Shown here: piece by piece, positions 1-13,128 of the stretch | How the letters are laid out: each line of letters begins with the position of its first letter | How positions within the stretch are numbered: position 1 is the stretch's first letter | NCBI GenBank assembly: GCA_013239625.1 | Contig: MU053472.1 | Span: forward strand, 2,063,236-2,127,235 | DNA from: Lama guanicoe | Lineage: Eukaryota | Length of the DNA stretch: 64,000 nt | Direction: 5' to 3' | The notes under the pieces: model-generated | Databases searched by the model: none | What the model saw: only the letters and a program-made list of their open reading frames with translations | Told to the model about the DNA's origin: nothing | Translations under genes and position numbers: made by a program

Positions 1-260
1 GTATTAGGATGTGGAGCCTTCGGGAGGGAGGTGCCTGGGTCGTGAGGATGGAGTCCTCATGAGGAGATTAGTGCTGTCATAGCCTCTTTCCACCTTGTGA
101 GGATGCAATCAGACACCTGTGACCCGGAAGGGGGTCCTCACCGGACCATGCTGGCACCCTGATCTTGGATTTCCAGCTTCCAACTGTGAGAAATAAATGC
201 CTGATGTTTTATAAGGTACCTAGTCTGTGGGATTTTGTTATAGCAGTTTGAATGGACTAA
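1..260 (+). mobile_element. MLT1 (ERVL-MaLR) LTR, 3' part
   Basis: ctgatcttggatttccagcttccaactgtgagaaataaat...ttgttatagcag...gactaag is a typical MLT1 LTR end. Confidence 0.75.
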
Positions 261-804
261 GGGCCATCCACAATCATGGCCTCCCAGACCACAAAGCCTG
301 CCCTCCAGCTGTGCGGGGTGATTTCTCTGTTCCTTAGGGGCTCCGGGGCCCTCTGGCTCCTGGGCCTTTGTGGCCACTGAGCCCCTGCCTTGAGCAACAA
401 ACTTGCTCCCCCAACCCCACAACGTCAGGGCAAGCACCTCCACCTGGGACCCTTGGGAACCTCCCAGCCTGTCTGCTTGCTGATCTTTGACACAGAGGAG
501 ATGCGGTCGTTGCCCTGTTTAATGTTCTCCAAAGGCTTTCTGTGCTCTTGGGGTCAAGTCCAGTCTCCTTAGCCTGGCAGTGGGGCCTGTTTGAGTCCTG
601 CCCACTCAGCCCGCCCCGCCCACCTCCCGCCCATGGTCCGCCTGCCCAGGTCTAGCTTAATCGTGCTGCCCTTGCCTCGGGGACTTCTCACACTCCTTTC
701 TGCCCTCTGCCTGGAACCTCTTCCTTCTCCAGGAAGCTTCCCCTTCACCTTCTCGCTTCTGAGTGTGGCGCCCATGCACATCATTTTGTAGTTAGTATTC
801 AATG

Positions 805-930
805 AATGTGTGACTTGGGCAAATCACTTACGCCTCCCCCAGGACTTTTTCCACGTGGGGATAATAGTGTCTAGCTCTTGGGGTTGTCTGAGGACTAAGC
901 GAGATGCTGTTCAGAACAGCACCCGGCACC
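805..930 (+). mobile_element. MIR SINE fragment
   Basis: tgtgtgacttgggcaaatcactta...ggggataatag...gaggactaag. Confidence 0.6.
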
Positions 931-3900
931 GCGGATGCTGGTTTCCTGCCCCTCCTGAGGAGGCCTGGTCCCTCTGGAGGAGCCTGAGGATGGGGGTCTG
1001 GGGGCCAGCTGAGAAGAGGACAAATTCTCCTCTAGTCTGGGCAGCAGCCAGGGTTGAGCCCATCAGAGCTGGGTGACCCCTCTACCCTGGAGGCCAGCAC
1101 AGGCCAGTGAGACCCTGCCATTTGCGGTAACAGGCTGCCAAGTCCCTGAACCTGGAGAATCTGGTCTAGACATGGAGGTTTAGACTGGGGAGGGGGAGAG
1201 GCCTGTGTGTTGGGGTGTCTGCAACAGAGCCCCCACAGGCAACTGGGCTGCTGCAGAGAGATACTGAGGGCAGTGAACCCCAGTGCACAAGCCAGTTGAT
1301 GGACCTCCTCTGTCCCCCATAGAACCTGGGCCCAGGGAGGGGATGTTTGCTGCTGGAGAGTGGTTGCCGGTGGACTGGCTGGATCAGTGTCCCATCCAGC
1401 TGCCTGGGTGGTGCGGCAGTAGCTCCCTTCCACCACTAGGTGGGGATCTGGAGTCATCCAGGCTTGGAGTCTGGGGCTGGCGCCCCTGCCCCTCCTGCCA
1501 CAGGCCTGTTTCAGGTCAGGGGTTCCCAGCCTGCCTGGCTGCTGCCTCTGGGGGATCCAGGTCTGCTCTCTGTGCCTCCATGCTAATTTATGGCTCGACC
1601 CGCTGCCAGGCAATGACACTGAGGGAAGTGAATAAGATCAAGGGCTTTGTGCCGCCAGAGAGACCCGAGTTCAAATCCCAGCTGCACCTCTAGCTCTGTG
1701 GCTTTGACCCCTGGAGCCACAAGTGTCCTCATCTCCGAAACAGACTTGTGTCTACGTGTCCTGCAAAGAGCGAAAGGAAATGTGGCCACCCTGATGGAGT
1801 TGGGAGAACGGGCCGTGTTCTAATGGCTTTGGCTCACATTCAAGTAGGATGCTGGATCAACTGTGCCAGGAGGCGGGACTGAATAGGGGTTGGGGGTGGG
1901 GAGCGGTCCCCATTTGTCCCATCCAGCACAACCCAGAGCTTGCTCTCAGGACTCTGAGGTGTCCCAAGGAGGCCTGGCTGGTCCCCTGTCTCAGGGCGCC
2001 CACAGACAAGCATGAATTAGAACATGGCAGGTGCACAGGGAGGTGGGGATAAGCGGCTTTGGGCGGTTCATCTTCCACAACAGGCCAAACCCGACTTCCT
2101 GTCTGTGTGGAATGGCCTTCTGCCCCGGTCTCCTGACTCTGTAAGTGCTTCATTATTTCCTAAGGCTCAGGTCCAAAGTTCTTCCTTCATCATGTCTTAC
2201 CTGGCTCCTCCTGTCCCCAGTCATGGGCTCCCACAGTCCTGGTGGGTCCCTCTCTCCCAGCATCGGCTCACTGGGTCAGAGAATTTGGCTGGGTTCAGGC
2301 TTCTGGCACAAGGCAGATGCTTAACGGACGTACAAGAAAAGTTGCCAGAAGATGAGGACGGCTTCGTAGAAAGATGACCTGAAAAGATGGGAAGACATTT
2401 CAAAAGCCCAGGGGCAGGGTATTATCAGGGTGTGTGGGAAACCATTCCCAGCTCAGGAAAGGGCTGAGCTCTGCTTGGGGCAAGGAGCTCTGGGAGGAAG
2501 GCAGGTCCCGGAGGGTGGAGGTGGGCAGGGAGGAAATGACTCCTTAGAGGACTTATATGGAGCCCCAAATCCAGGTGGCGGCAGGGCTCGGGACTGGTCC
2601 AGCCTCTCTGAGGGTTCTGTGCCATCCCCATGCCCTCCTCACCCCGCCATCTCCTCCTCTGCCACCACCCCCAGGGTGATCAGTGGAGCCAAAACCTGAG
2701 ATGTTTTCAATTCTTTCCCCAGTTCCATTTTCCAACGGGGCAGAGTGCCAAGAGCTTGGACTGTGGGGTCAGATGAACCTAACTTCTGACAGGCTCTGTT
2801 ACCTCTCAGCTGGGTCACCTTAGGTGAGTGGTTCCACCTGTCTGGCTTCCTCACCTGGGAAATGTGAAGGCCCCAGACCTCACCCCCCATCCTCCATCAC
2901 CATCTCCCAACTTATGCTGAGATTTAAGGAGACAACGTGTTTTACCATCAATGAATGTGCCCTTCCTCCTTCCTTGGGGGCCTAGGAGTAAACTATGATC
3001 ATCTCTGCCCCCCGCAGTGCTCCCCACAATGCCTCTCACAGTGCTCCCCAGTTCTCCCCAGCTCTGCTCCCACAGCTCATCTTCATGAGAGCAGCTGAGC
3101 CGCTCGCTGAACTTGCCCCTCCCCACTTCAGGCTGGGCCCTGCTCCCGGCTGAGCCTCAGGCTGTTTGTGGCGTTAGTGTGACTCATCCCCAGGACCCTT
3201 CCCCTGGTCCTGCAGGCTGACCTCCTAAATGCCCAGGGCTGGCCAGCCCCCTATCTTCTGGACAACGCCCTGCATTCCAAGCCCTCCCCACTTTCCCAGC
3301 TCACTGGTGGAAACTTACCCTTCCCAGGGCTCCCTCCCTTGGGGCCACGACAGGGGAGGGTCCATGTCACTTGCTGTGCTCCCTCCCCCACGTGCCATGC
3401 TGGCAGCTTCCATCAGACTCTGGCCTGTGTCCCAGGACATCATTTCAGATGCTCAGAAGTCCCTTCCCCCATCCCACAAAGGCACTGCCTCTTCCACCTC
3501 CATCAGGCCCTGGGTCAGGGCTGCGGGCTAATTTCCCTTCTCCTCCAACGAGGGGCAGGAAAACTGAGGTTCAGAGAGCCCAGTGCGGGTTCCATGAGTG
3601 GGAAAAAGAAAAGGAGAGGCCCCAGGAATCAGAACATGCGGCTTGTTCCTTCTTAGTCACGAGTCTGTTCTTCTGACTGGCTCTGCTCAGGTGTTCCTTC
3701 CTCCCCAGAGCTCATCGCCTGGCCCTTGAAGTAGCAAGTATCTGAGTGAGAACCCCCACCTGTTCAGAAACCAGAACCAGCCAGGCCCAGAGGGAGCTGC
3801 TCTCCCTGGCTCTCACCACCTTGGGATCTGGAGGTCTCTTCTCCACCGTGAAAAGGCAGAGGCCGTGAAGGGGTTAAATATTGCCGCTTTCATGTTACTT

Positions 3901-3984
3901 CAACAAATGTGCATCAAGCCAACTTCTGTGCTATTGGGTGCCAGGCATCGTCCTCACTCTCTCAGAGGCACTGGGCTCCTTGTT

Positions 3985-4720
3985 TTTAAATTTCTTTAAC
4001 AAAATAAAGATAGAATTCACACACCATAAAATTCATCCTTTTAAGATGTACAATTCAGTGGTTTTTAGTATATTCACCAGGTTGTGCAGTCGTCACCACT
4101 ATCCAATTCCAGAACATTTTCATCACCCCTGAAGAAACCCTGACCCCTTAAGCAGTCACTGCCCCTGCCCCCAGCCCTGGGCACCACCCGCTGAACTGCT
4201 TCCTGTCCCTGTGGGTTTGCCTATTCTGGACATTTTATATAAATGGAATCATATAATACGTGGTTTTGGCTTCTTTTACTTAGCATAGTGTTTTCAAGGC
4301 TTATCCATGCACTTTGCATGTGTCAGCACTTTTATTCCTTTTTAAGTCTGAATAATATTCCATTGCTGTGTGGATATACCACATTTTGATTCCCCATTCA
4401 TCCTTTTTTTTTTAATTTAATGGAGGTACTGGGGTTTGAACCCCGAACCTTGTGCACAGCAAACACATACTCTGCCCCTGAGCTATACTCTTCCCACCTC
4501 CGCTCACCTGTTGATGGACATTTGGGTTGTTTCTACTTATTGGCTATTACGAATAAGGCTGCTATGGATATTGCCGTACCAGTCTTTGTGGACATGTTCT
4601 CATTTCTCTTGGGTCTATGCCTCGGAGTGGACTTGCTGGGTCAAATGATAACTATTTAACTTTTTGAGGAACTGCCAAACTGTCTTCCAACATGGCTGCA
4701 CCATTTTACATTCCCATAAG
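3985..4720 (-). mobile_element. Old L1 (L1M-type) 3' end, interrupted by a SINE
   Basis: tacaattcagtggtttttagtatattcac...ttctggacattttatataaatggaatcata...gaggaactgccaaactgtcttcc. Confidence 0.8.
4404..4497 (-). mobile_element. tRNA-derived lineage SINE (camelid Vic-1-like)
   Basis: The reverse complement has A box tatagctcag and B box gggttcaaaccccagtacc plus an A-tail. Confidence 0.8.
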
Positions 4721-4780
4721 GCATGCTTTGCCATTTTTCAAACATTCCAGGCACACTCCTCCTTGCTCCCCAACTTCTTT

Positions 4781-5060
4781 TATTTATTTATTTATCGACG
4801 TTTTACAACATGTTAGTTTCTGGTGTATAGCATAGTGATTCAGTTATATATATATTCCTTTTCAGATTCTTTTTCATTATAGGCTATTATAAGATACTGA
4901 ATGTAGTTCCCCATGCTATACAGTAGGACCTTGTTGTTTACCTAATTTATATATAGTGGTTACTATCTGCAAATCCCAAACTCCCCATTTTTCACCTCCA
5001 CCATCCCCTTTCCTCCTGGTAACCATAGGTTTGTTCGCAATGTCTGTGAGTCTGTTTCTG
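4781..5060 (-). mobile_element. Artiodactyl-type L1 3' end, 5'-truncated
   Basis: T-rich tail; gtatagcatagtgattcagttata...atagtaggaccttgttg-like 3' UTR; flanked by aacttcttt on both sides. Confidence 0.75.
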
Positions 5061-5074
5061 CCTAACTTCTTTCT

Positions 5075-5207
5075 TTCTTTTTTTTTTTTAGGCTGGGGGG
5101 GCGGTAATTAGGTTATTTATTTATTTACTTCAAATGGAAGTACTGGGGATTGAACCCAGGACCTCATATGTGTTAAGCACGCACTCTCCCCCTGAGCTAT
5201 ACCCTCC
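5075..5207 (-). mobile_element. tRNA-derived lineage SINE (camelid Vic-1-like)
   Basis: gtactggggattgaacccagg...ctgagctataccctcc, with the conserved tail ggtaattaggttatttattt. Confidence 0.85.
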
Positions 5208-6334
5208 TTAGTCAAAGGATTTGATAGGTGGCAGTTGGAGAGGGCATTCAACTGTGACATCAGTGCCCTGCATTGGCCCAACCTGTCCCCCTCCAGGGGG
5301 ACACCAGATCTGAGAGCTGCTTGATGGGAAAGGATGTTGGCTTTCCCCACGCCAGGAGCCAGGGACAGCCTGTCCTGCTACAGAGCTGACCCAGTGGGTC
5401 TTTTATGGCCTCACCTCAGTCGGCTTCTAGGCATCTTAGTCAAGAATTCTTTGTTGGCGAGGGATGGAAATCCAGCTCAAGCTGAAGGAAGAGACCCATT
5501 CCTTGTCTCCTGTGATACCTAGAAGTGCAAGGAAGGGGGCAGTGGCCTTCAGAACGCTGGCGGCCAGGCGCACGCGTCCCCGCCCTCTCTCTCGGGCTTC
5601 TCTCTCGTTTCTTCTTTCTGTGGGTGGGTGACACTCTCTCCCACCGCAGATGGGCCTCGTCATGGGACAGGGAGCTGGGCTGCAAGCAGCTGTGGTTACA
5701 GGAATCCAGCTTCGTGGCTCAGAGAGGAGAGAAAATTGCCCCGCTGCAACCCTCAGGACAACCCAGAAAAATGCTGATTGGCACAGCTGGGATCACATAC
5801 TCACTTGTCTCATACACCCGTACAAACCAGTGGTTCCCGTCCGCCACTGCTGTCCATCATGTTTATACCAGCAAACCAGGCTTGTTGGTCTCTCACAAAA
5901 TGCCTGCCTAAGTGCCAGGTACTTGGCAATATTTCTTTTAATCCACACAACTGCTCTGCAGAAAGATGTGCTGGTCAGGACTCTCTGGGTTCCTACTGGT
6001 AGAAACCCAATTCAGATTAGCTTAAGTCAAAAGTGGAATTTATTGCTCACATAAATGATAAAAGCAGGAGTGGACATTAGGCATAGCTGGATCCAGGGAG
6101 TCAGATTGGCCTGGGATGTCTGTCATTAGCTCCAGCTCTTAATCTGACTCCCTCTCTATATAGTCTCAGCTCTCAGGCACGTTCTCCCCACATAGCAGGA
6201 AAGACGCCAAGGGCATGTCACATGCCTACACCTGCAGCAAGAGGATGGGACACAGCTGTGGGGGTTGGTGCCCCCAGAACTGGGAGGGGGCAGACAGATT
6301 CCCTGTGGTCAGCTCTAGTTGGTGTATTTCCCCA

Positions 6335-6435
6335 TTGTGCAGAGTAGGAAACTGAGGCTTGGAGAGATTAGGTAACTTACCAGGGCCATTTAGCTAGAGA
6401 CCTAGCTGGGATTCAAACCTATGCCCGTCTGCTTA
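6335..6435 (-). mobile_element. MIR SINE fragment
   Basis: ggaaactgaggcttggagagattaggtaacttaccagg...gggattcaaacc. Confidence 0.65.
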
Positions 6436-7264
6436 TCCAAGAACATCACCCTACCTCCTTTTAAAGTGATATTGAGACATCACTTGAAGAAGTAGATCCC
6501 TGTTGACGGCCATGTCATTCCCAGCACTCCTTGCAGCAGCTGTCACAGAGAGGATGCCCTGGGAGGAGTGAGGAGTGGTGGGCAGGGGCCATGGTCTCAG
6601 ACGAGATGTTTTACGAGTTCTGCCATGGCTGGAAGAGTCTCTGGGGTCATTGACTCCTGTTGCCGTGCTGAACCAGTAATCCAACATCTGGCCCCTGTTT
6701 GGACAATGTCCATGGCAGGGAACTTACCATCTCCCAAGACAGGCAGCTTTTTATAGATTTGATCTGATCTAAGGATGAAAACTTCCCCAATGGTTAGAAA
6801 CAGGGCAGTTTGGGCTGACTCCTAATCATTTATTTGTCTTCACTCATCTGTAGGGGAAACTTGTTTTATAAGTGGAAGAGGAGAGAGAAAGATTGGGTAG
6901 AGGGTGGGGCCATCCAAAGATTTGAAAGTTACCATGTACCCCCTTCCTCTAGCTCCATGCAGTCATCTCCCAAATTTTCTCAACTGAGGTTTATTCACTA
7001 ATATATTATCCTCTCCCTGGAGATGGTATCTGTGATCTCAAGAGCCCTCTTGACAAATGTGAGCCTCAGTGGGTAGAGACCAGGAGACAGGGTCCTCCCT
7101 CCTCCTGCACTGTTTAAATAGAGCTCAACAGCACTTGCTCTTTGGTGACCATAGAGCAGTATTGGCTCAAATTAATTCCATGCAGATTCCCTCTCCACCA
7201 TGGACAGGTGACACTGATTTTTTTAAATCAAAAGTGACAGGTCAACAGTATTTTGGTGGTTTTT

Positions 7265-9350
7265 TTTTCCAAAAATGGAAAAACCTATCGTAAAATTTGT
7301 ATAGAATATCAAGGAAACCTAAATAGCCAAAAACAATCTTAAAAAGAAGGACAAAGTTGGAGGGCTCATGCTTCCCAATTTCAAAACAGAGTACAAATTT
7401 ATAGTAATCAAAAGAGTGTGGTGTTGACGTTAGAACAGAGATATAGACTAAAGGAACAGATTGAGAGCTGAGAAATAAACCCTCACATTTATGGTCAATT
7501 GACTTTCCACAGAGGTGCCAAGACCATTCAGTGAGAGAAAAAGACAGTCTTTACAAAAAATGGTGCTGGAAAAAGTGGATACCCACATGAAAAAGAATGA
7601 AGTTAGACCCTATATCATATACAAACTCAAAGATCAATCAAAGACCTAAATTTTAGAGCTTAAACTATAAAACTCTTAGAAGAACTCACAGGGGGAAAAT
7701 CTTCATCACTTTAGGATTGGTAGTGATTTCTTAAATATGACACCAAAAGCACAAGTGACAAAAATAAATAAATAAATTGGACTTCACAAAATTAAATAAC
7801 TTTGTGCATTGAAAGACACTATCAGGAGAGTGAAAAAGCAGCAAACAGAATGGGAAAATATTTGCAAATCCTGTATCTGATAAGGGGTTAGTATCCAGAA
7901 CCCTTACAACTCAACAGCAACGAGACAAAACACCTCCATTAAAAAATGGTCAAAGGATCTTGAACAGACATTTCTCCAAAGAAGATATACAAATAGTCAA
8001 TAAGCACATTAAAAAGATGTTCAACATTACTAGTCATTGAGGAAAGGCTAATCATGACCACAATTAGATACCGCTTCACACCACTAGGATGGCTAGAATT
8101 TTTTTTAATAGAATTTTTTTTAATTAAAATAAAAAACAAGTGTTGGCAAGGATGTGGAGAAATTGGAACTCTTGTTGGGAATCTGACATGGTATAGTCAC
8201 TATGGAAAACAGTTTGGCAGTTCCTCAAGAAGCTTAACACAGAATAACATACGACGGAGCAAATCCGCTCCTAGGTATATACCCTTAAGAACTGAAAACA
8301 GGGACTCAAATAGACACTTGCAGACCAATGTTTTTTGCAGCATTATTCACAATAGTTGAAAGGTAGGTACAACCCATGTGCCCATCAAGAGATGAGTGGA
8401 TCAAGTGCGGTACTGACGTACTTTGTTGTATTGTGTTTCACTTTTCTGTACTTTGGAGGTGTGTTTCTTGCAACCGAGGGTTGGTGGCAACCCTGCATCA
8501 AGCAAGTCTCTCAGCACCATTTTTCCATCAGCATTTGCTCACTTCATGTCTCTGTGTCACAGTTTGGTAATTCTCGCAATATTTCAAACTTCTTCATTAT
8601 TATTATGTTTGTTATGGTGATCTGTGATCAGTGGTTTTTGATGTTACTATTACACAAAGATGATGACTCTCCACAAGCTCTGAGAATGGTTAGCATTTGG
8701 GGGCAATAAACTATTTTTAATTAAGTTATGTGCATTGTTTTTTCAGCCATAATGCTATTGCACATTGAATAGACCACAGTATAGTGTGAACGTAACTTTT
8801 CTATGCACTAGGAAACCAAAAAATTCATGTGACTTACTTTATTGTGATGTTTGCTTTATTGTGGTGGTCTGAAACCAAACCTGAAATATCTCCAATATTT
8901 ATATACATAAATAGAATATGATGCAGCCATAAAAGGAATGAAGTTTTGACACTTGCTGCAGCATGGATAAAACTTGAAGGCACTATACTGAGTGAAATAA
9001 GCTAGACACAAAGGACAAATATTGTGTGATTCCACTTACATGGAATATTTAACATAGGCAAATTTATGCAGACAAAGTCAGTTAGTGGTTACCAGCACCT
9101 GGAGGGAGGGGAGAATGAGGAGTTATTGCCCAAACGGGACAGAGTTTCTGTTTAAAGTGATGAAAATATTTTGGAAATGGATATTGCTGATGGATCCACA
9201 ACAATGTGAACATATTTAATGCCACTGAACTGTACACTTAAAAATGATTAAAATGGTAAATCTTATGTTACATCTAGTACCAAAATGTAACATTTTAAAA
9301 TTATTAAAATGGCAAATTTTATGTTGTACATATTTTTTACCCCAGTAGAA
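7265..9350 (+). mobile_element. Old L1 (L1M-type): decayed ORF2 C-terminus and 3' UTR, interrupted by Tigger
   Basis: aatagccaaaaacaatcttaaaaagaag..., gaacagacatttctccaaagaagatatacaaat, gccactgaactgtacacttaaaaatg. Confidence 0.88.
8413..8900 (+). mobile_element. Internally deleted Tigger1 derivative (Tigger1a-like MITE, TcMar-Tigger)
   Basis: Tigger1 left-end sequence (ggcaaccctgcatcaagcaagtc...ggtgatctgtgatcag) fused to right-end sequence (aatgctattgcacattgaatagac...ggtggtctgaaaccaaacc). Confidence 0.85.
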
Positions 9351-10025
9351 AAAAGTGATGGGCCAGCTCTGCTGTAAACTCATAAAATACCTTCAACATG
9401 AACTTTAAAAAGGCTTCTCTTGTTCTGGGCGGAGTTAAGTGGCACACTTTGAGGGACTAAACAGGGGCTGAAATTCAGCCAGTGTGCCAACCAGAAAGAG
9501 ACATATATATAAAATCCAGCATATCATCGCCATGTACAGTTGTGTAGGCTGTTAACTACCCAAGTGCAAAATCATGTTTGGTCCTCAGTCTGTTACCCAG
9601 TATATTTGCCATCTGCCCCAGCTTCCTGATATCTAGTGAGCTGATGCTGTGCCATATTCTGTATCATTGATTAAAAAGTCAAACTGGGCAGAATCCTGTG
9701 GCTCCTCAGTAGAGACCTCCTGCCAGATGTGTACTGACCTGTTAACTAACACTTTTGGGGTATGACTGTCCAGCTGCCATCAGTTGTACTTGTGCCTCTG
9801 GGAATATGACACCTTGTGACGCCCAATGCGGCCTCTTTCCTGCCTGGTCTTCTCCGCATTTTCCCACAGTGTCCTCAAAGATTTCATGAGAACTAGATCA
9901 AAGGCTTTTCCCTCTCTCCAAAGAGAGGCTATTTCCTCCACCTGCCAGTCTGAACATCCTATTATAAAAGAAAATGAGATTACTTTGGCCTGCCTGTATC
10001 TTTGAGGGGATAGGATAATGCAGGG

Positions 10026-10185
10026 CAGTGGTTTCCAAACCTAAGAGTATATGAGAATCACCTGGAAGGTGAGCACTGGGCTCTGCCCAGAGAGGTTCAG
10101 ATTCTGGGTGGGGCCACAGCACTTGCATTTCTGGTAAGGTGATGCTGAGGTCACTGGTCCAGGGACCACATTTTGAGAACCATTG
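10026..10185. mobile_element. MER5-family hAT-Charlie MITE
   Basis: TIR-like ends cagtggtttccaaac ... ttttgagaaccattg; internal gaatcacctgg. Confidence 0.75.
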
Positions 10186-10213
10186 ATGTATGGGGATAAA
10201 AGCAATGCTTTGT

Positions 10214-10348
10214 GGGGAAGCAGGGTATAGCTCAGTGGTAGAGCATGTGCTTAGAATGCATAAGATCCTGGGTTCAATCCCCAGTACTGCCATTAAAAAT
10301 AAATTTTTTTAAGTAATCCTGATCACCTCTGCACTGATCAAAAAAAAG
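10214..10348 (+). mobile_element. tRNA-derived lineage SINE (camelid Vic-1-like)
   Basis: gggtatagctcagtggtagagcatgtgcttag...ctgggttcaatccccagtac plus an A-tail. Confidence 0.88.
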
Positions 10349-11554
10349 AGCAAAACCTTTGGAGTCAGATAGACCTTAACCTGTTTGAGCCCCAGTTTCT
10401 ATGAAATAGAGCTAATAATCTTACCTCACAGGGTAACTGTGGGTTAAAAAGGTAATGTACAGAAACACTTAGCTACCTAGCACCTAAGTGATCAATAAAG
10501 ATCGGCTCTTACATTAATACGCCTCTTAATGAATCTGTGCTGACTGCTTTTCTGCTTGGCTAGTCACTCACTCAGATTTTCTTGGGCTGATTTGGGTAAT
10601 GGGTAGGTTTCAAAACTGATTACCCAAAGAGAGCAGATTGATTAACTAAGGAAAACTGGGGAGAAGAGAATAAATCCTTCAAGTGGGAGGAAGGAGGACT
10701 GGCCAAACTGGGAGAGGACCACTCTGTCCACTGCCTCCCCTTTGCCTCTTAGCTGGTCGTTTGTGGTGCTGTCAGAATTTCACTTTCCACAGTCCATTCC
10801 AAGATATCAGGCCAAGAAGGTGGGTGCCTGGCCCAGCCCAGCTCCCAGGTAGGGCAAACCTCTTCTCCAGATGGGTGGGACTTCCAAGGCCGCCCCCAGC
10901 TGCAGGCCAGCCTCACCCTGAGCACCCTCATTCTGGCCGCTCCTTGGATGGTGGGCCTCCTGCCCTATTCTTGAGATGCATGTTTCAAAACCGACATGCT
11001 GCCTCAACTTCTATTCCCGAGCTTCTGTGTTGGTTTCTGCCTGATCCTTCTGTCTCAGTGGTGGCCCCCAGGCTCAAGGATTAAAAGGACTCTAGCCGGC
11101 AGCAGACTCACCCACCACCTCTGCCCTCTTCCCCAGCTGCCCCCTTCCCAAGGTCTCTGAGAGGTCCCTCCCACTCCTTACCTACCTACCCCAACTCCCC
11201 CAAGCCCTGAAAGGAGAAATATATTCAAAACATCCAGAACCTTAGGGGCAGAGCCTGCACTGACATACACTTCCCAACACGTGCTGCAGGTGCAAAGCTG
11301 CAGTGGCTTTGGGGCTGGACTGCTCATTTGTAGGCTACTCAACCACAGACGTGGTAAGGAAGTGCCTGGTACCACGTGTGGTCTCCTCCTTCGTCAAATT
11401 GCAGCTAATGATCTTCCCTGCCTTAGAGCTGCCAAGAGGATTCAATGGGGTAATTTATGTCCAGTGTTTAGGACAGATCTTGGCACACAGGAAACTCAAT
11501 AATATTTTTATTACTAGTGTCTGGGCCAGAGTTTTTCAAACTCACAGTAGTTCC

Positions 11555-11700
11555 TGGAGCCACCAGAAGCTGTAGGGAAGACCAAAGGATTCTCCCTTGA
11601 GAGGGAATGTGGCTCCACCAACACCGAGATTCCAAACTCGGGTCTGCAGAACCACGAGAGAATCAACGTCTTTCCTTTAAGCTCCTAAGTTTGTGATGTA
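11555..11700 (+). mobile_element. MLT1 LTR fragment
   Basis: agccaccagaagctg...ggattctcccttgag...aacaccgagattcc...tttaagctcctaagtttgtg. Confidence 0.6.
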
Positions 11701-12154
11701 CTAATATACTTTTCTTTCTGGCTCCCTTTCCCTGGAAGGGTCTGTCCACATTTCTCTCTCCTCCCAGTGGAAACTCCCATCTCTTAGGGAAATTTACCTT
11801 GGTGTTAAGTGGAAAAAAAATATGATAATTTGGTTAAAAAGTCTTTCCTTCTGAGCCATTAAAAACTTTCCCTCACACACCTGCATTCCAAATGAAGCCT
11901 TTTGGGTGGAATGTGGTCTGAGGATTTTTTGAGGCCTTCTTGGCCTCCTTGGCTGGGCTGGCCCCTTCCGCAGAGGGCCCTCCTGCCATGACACTGACCA
12001 CACTGAAAGGTCATGAGAGCCCTCTTTGTCCTGGCTTTCTTAGCTTGGAGTGCAGGCTTGGCACATTACCATCCTAATAAATGTTTATGGACTGACTAGA
12101 TGAGGGAGGGCTTTTTCTGATGTCCCTACTCCTGGCTACCTCTACCCCAGTCCT

Positions 12155-12682
12155 AGAAAATTCCATAAGAAATGAAAACAATATGTCCACACAGAGACGT
12201 TTCCATGGATTTTTATAGAGACTTTATTTACATTATCCAAATCTGGAAACAATCTAAAAGTCCATCAACAGGTGACTGAATAAACAAATTGTGGTGATAT
12301 CCATATAATGGAATATTAGTCAGCAATAAAAAGGACCGATTTACCCACCGATGTGAATGAATCTCAAAATCACGATGCTGGATGAAAGAAGCCAGACACA
12401 AAAGCATACATACTGTATGATTCTGTTCACATGTAATTATAGAGAACTCAAGGTAATCTAGAGTGGCAGGACGAAGAGCTGAAGTTGCCTGGAGCTGGGG
12501 CCGAGGGGGTGAGTGACTGCAAGAGACAGGAGAGGACTCCAGGGGAAGATGGACATATTCTGTATCCTGTGGTTGTGGTTATGCCGATGTAACATACACT
12601 TGGCAGAACTCATCCAATTGATAGTTTAAATGGGTACAGTTTATTGTATGTAAACTGTATCTCAATAAAGTTGATTAAAAGG
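12155..12682 (+). mobile_element. Old L1 3' end fragment
   Basis: aaatgaaaacaatatgtccacacag...gaagccagacacaaaag...tatctcaataaagttgattaaaa. Confidence 0.8.
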
Positions 12683-12962
12683 AAAATTCTGTAAGGCTTT
12701 GAATTCTAAATACCGCATCCTCTACTCCAACAAAAACGGGATATACGACTAGCATGTGGAGAGGACTATCGGAGAAGTTACTTAGTCCACAGAAAGGTAT
12801 TGAACATCAATCAGTGCAGGCATCTGGTTGATCCTGCAGATGGATAAGGCAAGTTTCACCCTCAGGAGGCCCGGGGCTGTAACAGAGCTTGTCAAGTTCT
12901 CCAAGGGAGATGCGCTAGATGAAAAGAACATACCAAGGGCAAAGAATACGAATCCGCCTCCT

Positions 12963-13128
12963 CAGTGTTGCTCAACTCACCCGAGGTGCTTGTTACAAGC
13001 ACTAAAAACATCTGGGCTCCGACCCTGACCTACTGAGTCAGAATCGCTGAAAGGGCCCAGCAATCTTCACTTTTAACAAGAGCCGCAGGTAAATCTTCAG
13101 ATCAGCTTAGGTTTAGAGAAAGCGCTTG
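12963..13128. mobile_element. MER5-like DNA transposon fragment
   Basis: cagtgttgctcaac...ggtgcttgtta...cctactgagtcagaatc...ttttaacaag. Confidence 0.55.

Noticed and set aside
7939..8709. ORFs of 65-117 aa
   Set aside because: They lie within decayed L1 and Tigger sequence.
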